Shown here in pieces: positions 60,534-64,000 of a DNA stretch of 64,000 nt. Location: assembly GCA_030295235.1 (NCBI GenBank), contig AP026140.1:620001-684000 (forward strand), in the 5' to 3' direction. Source of the stretch: Fistulifera solaris (taxonomy: Eukaryota). The notes beneath the pieces are model-generated. The model saw only the letters and a program-made list of their open reading frames with translations. It made no database searches and was not told the DNA's origin. The number at the start of each line of letters is the position of its first letter. The first letter of the stretch is position 1. Position numbers and translations under genes: made by a program.

Positions 60534-61144
60534 ATGAAGATTATTGAGGCTCTCGCTTTTGTTGCGGCGTCGGTGGCTGCTTTCGCGCCGACGACAAATA
60601 CGGCTTCACGCAAGTCGTCACTCTCTGCGTTCGAAGATGAGCTCGGCGCCCAACCTCCCTCGGCTTCTTTGATCCGCTCGGACTTGTTGCCGATGGAAAC
60701 CAGGAAAAGTTCGATCGACTCCGTTACGTCGAGCTCAAGCATGGAAGGATCTGCCAACTCGCTTTCTTGGGACAAATCACTACGCGGGCCGGTTACCACT
60801 TGCCCGGGTCGATTGATTTCGAAGGTCACTCGTTTGACAGCTATCCAAACGGTCTTGCCGCGCTATTTGGTCCAGATGCCATTCCAAACGCAGGACTTCT
60901 ACAAATTGTAGGTTTCATTGGACTTCTTGAGCTTGCTGTCATGAAAGACATAACCGGAGGAGAGTTCCCCGGAGACTTTCGCAATGACTTCATCGATTTT
61001 GGATGGGACTCTTTAGATCCTGAAACAAAAATGAGTAAGCGTGCTATCGAGCTTAACAACGGTCGTGCTGCCATGATGGGCATTCTTGGATTGATGGTTC
61101 ATGAGCAACTTGGTGTAGAGTTGCCGATAGTTGGTACAATGTAA
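60534..61144 (+). CDS. Lhcf: Fucoxanthin chlorophyll a/c-binding protein (Lhcf); frameshift ~60658
   Basis: VAAFAP presequence; ELGAQPP(L)GFFDPLG, ELKHGRI and ELNNGRAAMMG. Confidence 0.95.
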
Positions 61145-62219
61145 ACGAAAGCCGCAAAAAGTCTATATAACAGGCGTAGCTTAGCTAAATTTTGACACTT
61201 CGCACTTAATTTTAATAAAAAAATTGGTTCAAACAAAATCTTTTGATCTTGTCATGTAAAAGAGGCGAAATATCCACAAGTCGGATAAAGGAGAGATAGC
61301 GCTGCAATAACTCCCAGCATACGATTTGCCCGAGAGGGGGATGACGAAAGTGTTCGGCTTCAGCCTTTCTAACCACAGATAATCCTATTATTAACCCTAA
61401 TTTCGAAAAAAAAATGAATCCTGTAGATGGTAAAAACTGACTTCAAAGAGCAGATCATAATAACAGCATCAAAGTCCTCTCGAATGTCTAATTCAACCCC
61501 TATTCGTTCTCGATGTGTTATCCCCAATGACGACATCAACACCATTTAGCGAGCGAACAAAAATAAGTCGAGACACGTTGAAAAATATCTTATCAATCGA
61601 AACAACGTGATCTATCTCATAGTTAAGTGTAGAAAGGAAATTTATTGGGAAGTTGTCAACACGTCAACGATGTCCCCTTCGCTTCCATCAGGCACCAGCT
61701 CAAAGCATGAAAAACTCCGTCTGTATTGTGTTTTGTGTCCTTGCGTCGTCACGGATGCTTTCCCAATCATTGGTTTCGTCAAGTCGACCAATACTTTCGC
61801 TATTCGAACATCTAAGTTTATGAACACGTAGGTTACGAAACTCTGTATTTTCTTGGTAAGAAAAACAGTAAGCGCGTTGCCTACCCGATCAACCATTAAG
61901 TGAGCGATCAAACATCAGTAAAGAACCTTAAAAAAATATCAATTTAGTCGAAACAACGTGATCTCTATTTTGAGTAAAATGGTGAAAGGTTGCGAACACG
62001 TTCAACGAAGCACAAAGCATATCAAATTCCGTATCTTCTTTCTTTCAGTCCCCACCTGAAATCAAAATATATCATCGCATTTAACAACCTACAAATTAGG
62101 TGAAAGCGAAGACCTTGGACGTTACATCTCTTTCGTTAAAAATTCGGGGAAACTTGGCCGTCCAATTCATTGCGACGTGAGAAACGAGAGAAAATTTTAT
62201 TTTGCTAATACAACTGCTC

Positions 62220-62900
62220 AATGGGATGGAAGTGCTTTCACAATGTTGTTACCAAGGATAACTACCTTCTGATGCATAGAGTGATAAGGAACTATGAGAA
62301 TGCTATATCGTGGATACTTTTCTACCCGAAAAGATTATCTGTTTGCATTTTGAATTCACTTGTCTCCATAGCAAGCAAAGTCTTAACATCACTAGTCTTT
62401 ATGAGACATTATCAACATTCTTGCTTTAGAGATTATGATAATTGATCTCACTGGACCAGCTTCTAGGATGAAACGATAATGCTGCATAGTCTAGCTTAAA
62501 TAACGAAATGATAGAAGAATTTACTTTACAACCTTTATAAGAATAATGACCTAGATCACCGAAAACATAGGTTTTTGTGCAGAAAGGATATAAGCGGTGT
62601 TTTCAGCAATTAATATCTCGGTGATACAAGCACGTTGGCATGGCGAAGATTATCTATTTAAAATATTGGGCTCTGAATCACCCACAAAATATGTTTTTGT
62701 GCTCGAAGGAAATATGCGCTGTTTGCAGTTAATGATATCTCGGTTATTCAACCACGTTCGCATGTTTTATAAAATTATCGCACTGGATCAGAACTAAATA
62801 TGGTTATGTTCTCAGAGAATGTAAGTAATGTTTTGAGCAATTGATATCTCGGTATGGTAAAAATGTTGGCCTATCTTTTTACATTATCTCAACCATATTA
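62220..62900 (+). pseudogene. Possible heavily decayed TPR-repeat gene
   Basis: Three degenerate ~110-122-bp repeats sharing ATATCTCGG; fragments RNYENAISW, RDYDN, LDH/LNHP and NISV resemble 42-aa TPR units. Confidence 0.3.
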
Positions 62901-64000
62901 AATTCACCAATATGATTATATCCCGCTCATTTATATGAGGCTAGTCATTTTGATTTAATTGAGCCAGGAAAGATGTCCAGTATTGTTGCCAGTGCGCCAT
63001 ACCCAAGTTGCTTGCATAAGGACGGTTCAATGATTAGTGAATAGTCACAATGAAAGCATATGCTACTAGCATACATATGATCATAACAGCCCACACTCGA
63101 TGCTTTAACACACCGCGCTATAATGATACAGAATGAAATCGACGTCAACATGAATAACTAAAAACGGCAAAGATCTTCGCAGCCCCAGCCAGCGTTGCAG
63201 TCACAGCAGATATGAAAAAGCATGTAATTTTTCTGCAACGCCATCTTTCACCTACGCGACGAAGCCTGACGCAAACTTTCTGAAGTAGAAGCATTATCGA
63301 CTTAAAACACCGCCAGTACGACCTCACGGCGGCCACATTAATACCTAAAGACAAATCTCGCCAACATCAACCAATCCAAGCGTTCCTCGCGACGGCCATG
63401 CCAGATTGTACTGGTAGAGCATGGGTTCTCACCGTTAAGATTGCAAAGGAAGCCCACGAACAGGACCGGTTCGATAAGGATGAACAGGACCTTTAGACCT
63501 AATACCACGCTTTTCCAATGAATCTCGGACGCATCTACGGTGCAATATACACCTATCAACCTTGAGTTGGTACAACGTAGTTAACACTTTCGGGTCTCTC
63601 ACATCAAGCTTTAGAGTCGGTATAGTTAATAACTATATAAATCCTTGTAATATAGTAGTAATTATGATTAAATTGAACACAACGTCGAGTTTCTCTGGGA
63701 CTGGGGGCACTGCTGCGAAAAGAAACGCCAAAGAATATATTGGAGCAAAGCAGAATCATTCGTTAGCTGCTATTATTGGTAACAGGTTTATGGATCTTAG
63801 TTTTACATGAAAGGGGAAAGATACTTTGCTCGAATTCCAGGCTTTACAAACATTCGAATAGCAGCATGTTCTTTTTATTCAACTGATGGTTGTTTGTTGG
63901 AACTCAATTGGCTTTCCAAGTTCTGCCAAGAGACTAGCAATGCAGCAAAGAAGCTTTTAACCGTACGCTCGATACCGCTATCGTTCGGCCAATTCGCGCC

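Noticed and set aside
61390..61400. TAACCCTAA as a telomeric repeat
   Set aside because: Only about 1.5 units; expected by chance
1..64000. Widespread frameshifts read as programmed frameshifting, RNA editing or mass pseudogenisation
   Set aside because: Breaks fall mostly in homopolymer runs and hit essential genes (LysRS, THOC1, Lhcf) whose motifs are otherwise intact, so sequencing or assembly indels are the simpler explanation. Short-read polishing would confirm this.

Overview
Gene-dense eukaryotic nuclear DNA, most likely from a diatom. Evidence for this: an Lhcf/FCP gene with an ASAFAP-type presequence, short GT-AG introns and a CoDi-like copia element. About 30 protein-coding genes are present. 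Many are broken by single-base indels in homopolymer runs, which is best explained by unpolished long-read errors. Highlights: (1) a 16.5-kb stretch (7.0-23.6 kb) carries a betaine-lipid synthase, an MGDG synthase without a plastid presequence, a histidine acid phosphatase and a GPI-type phytase-like phosphatase, with YGAATCTH (PSR-type) boxes upstream of or inside these genes; (2) a complete 6.8-kb Ty1/copia element has identical 88-bp LTRs that end in CG...CG instead of TG...CA, with a probable 4-bp TSD; (3) a bacterial-type family-5 (NikA/OppA-like) solute-binding protein carries a signal peptide and a C-terminal anchor; (4) an 8xTSP1 surface protein; (5) a decayed TPR-like array lies in the AT-rich right end. 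I could not support any rRNA, tRNA or CRISPR feature.
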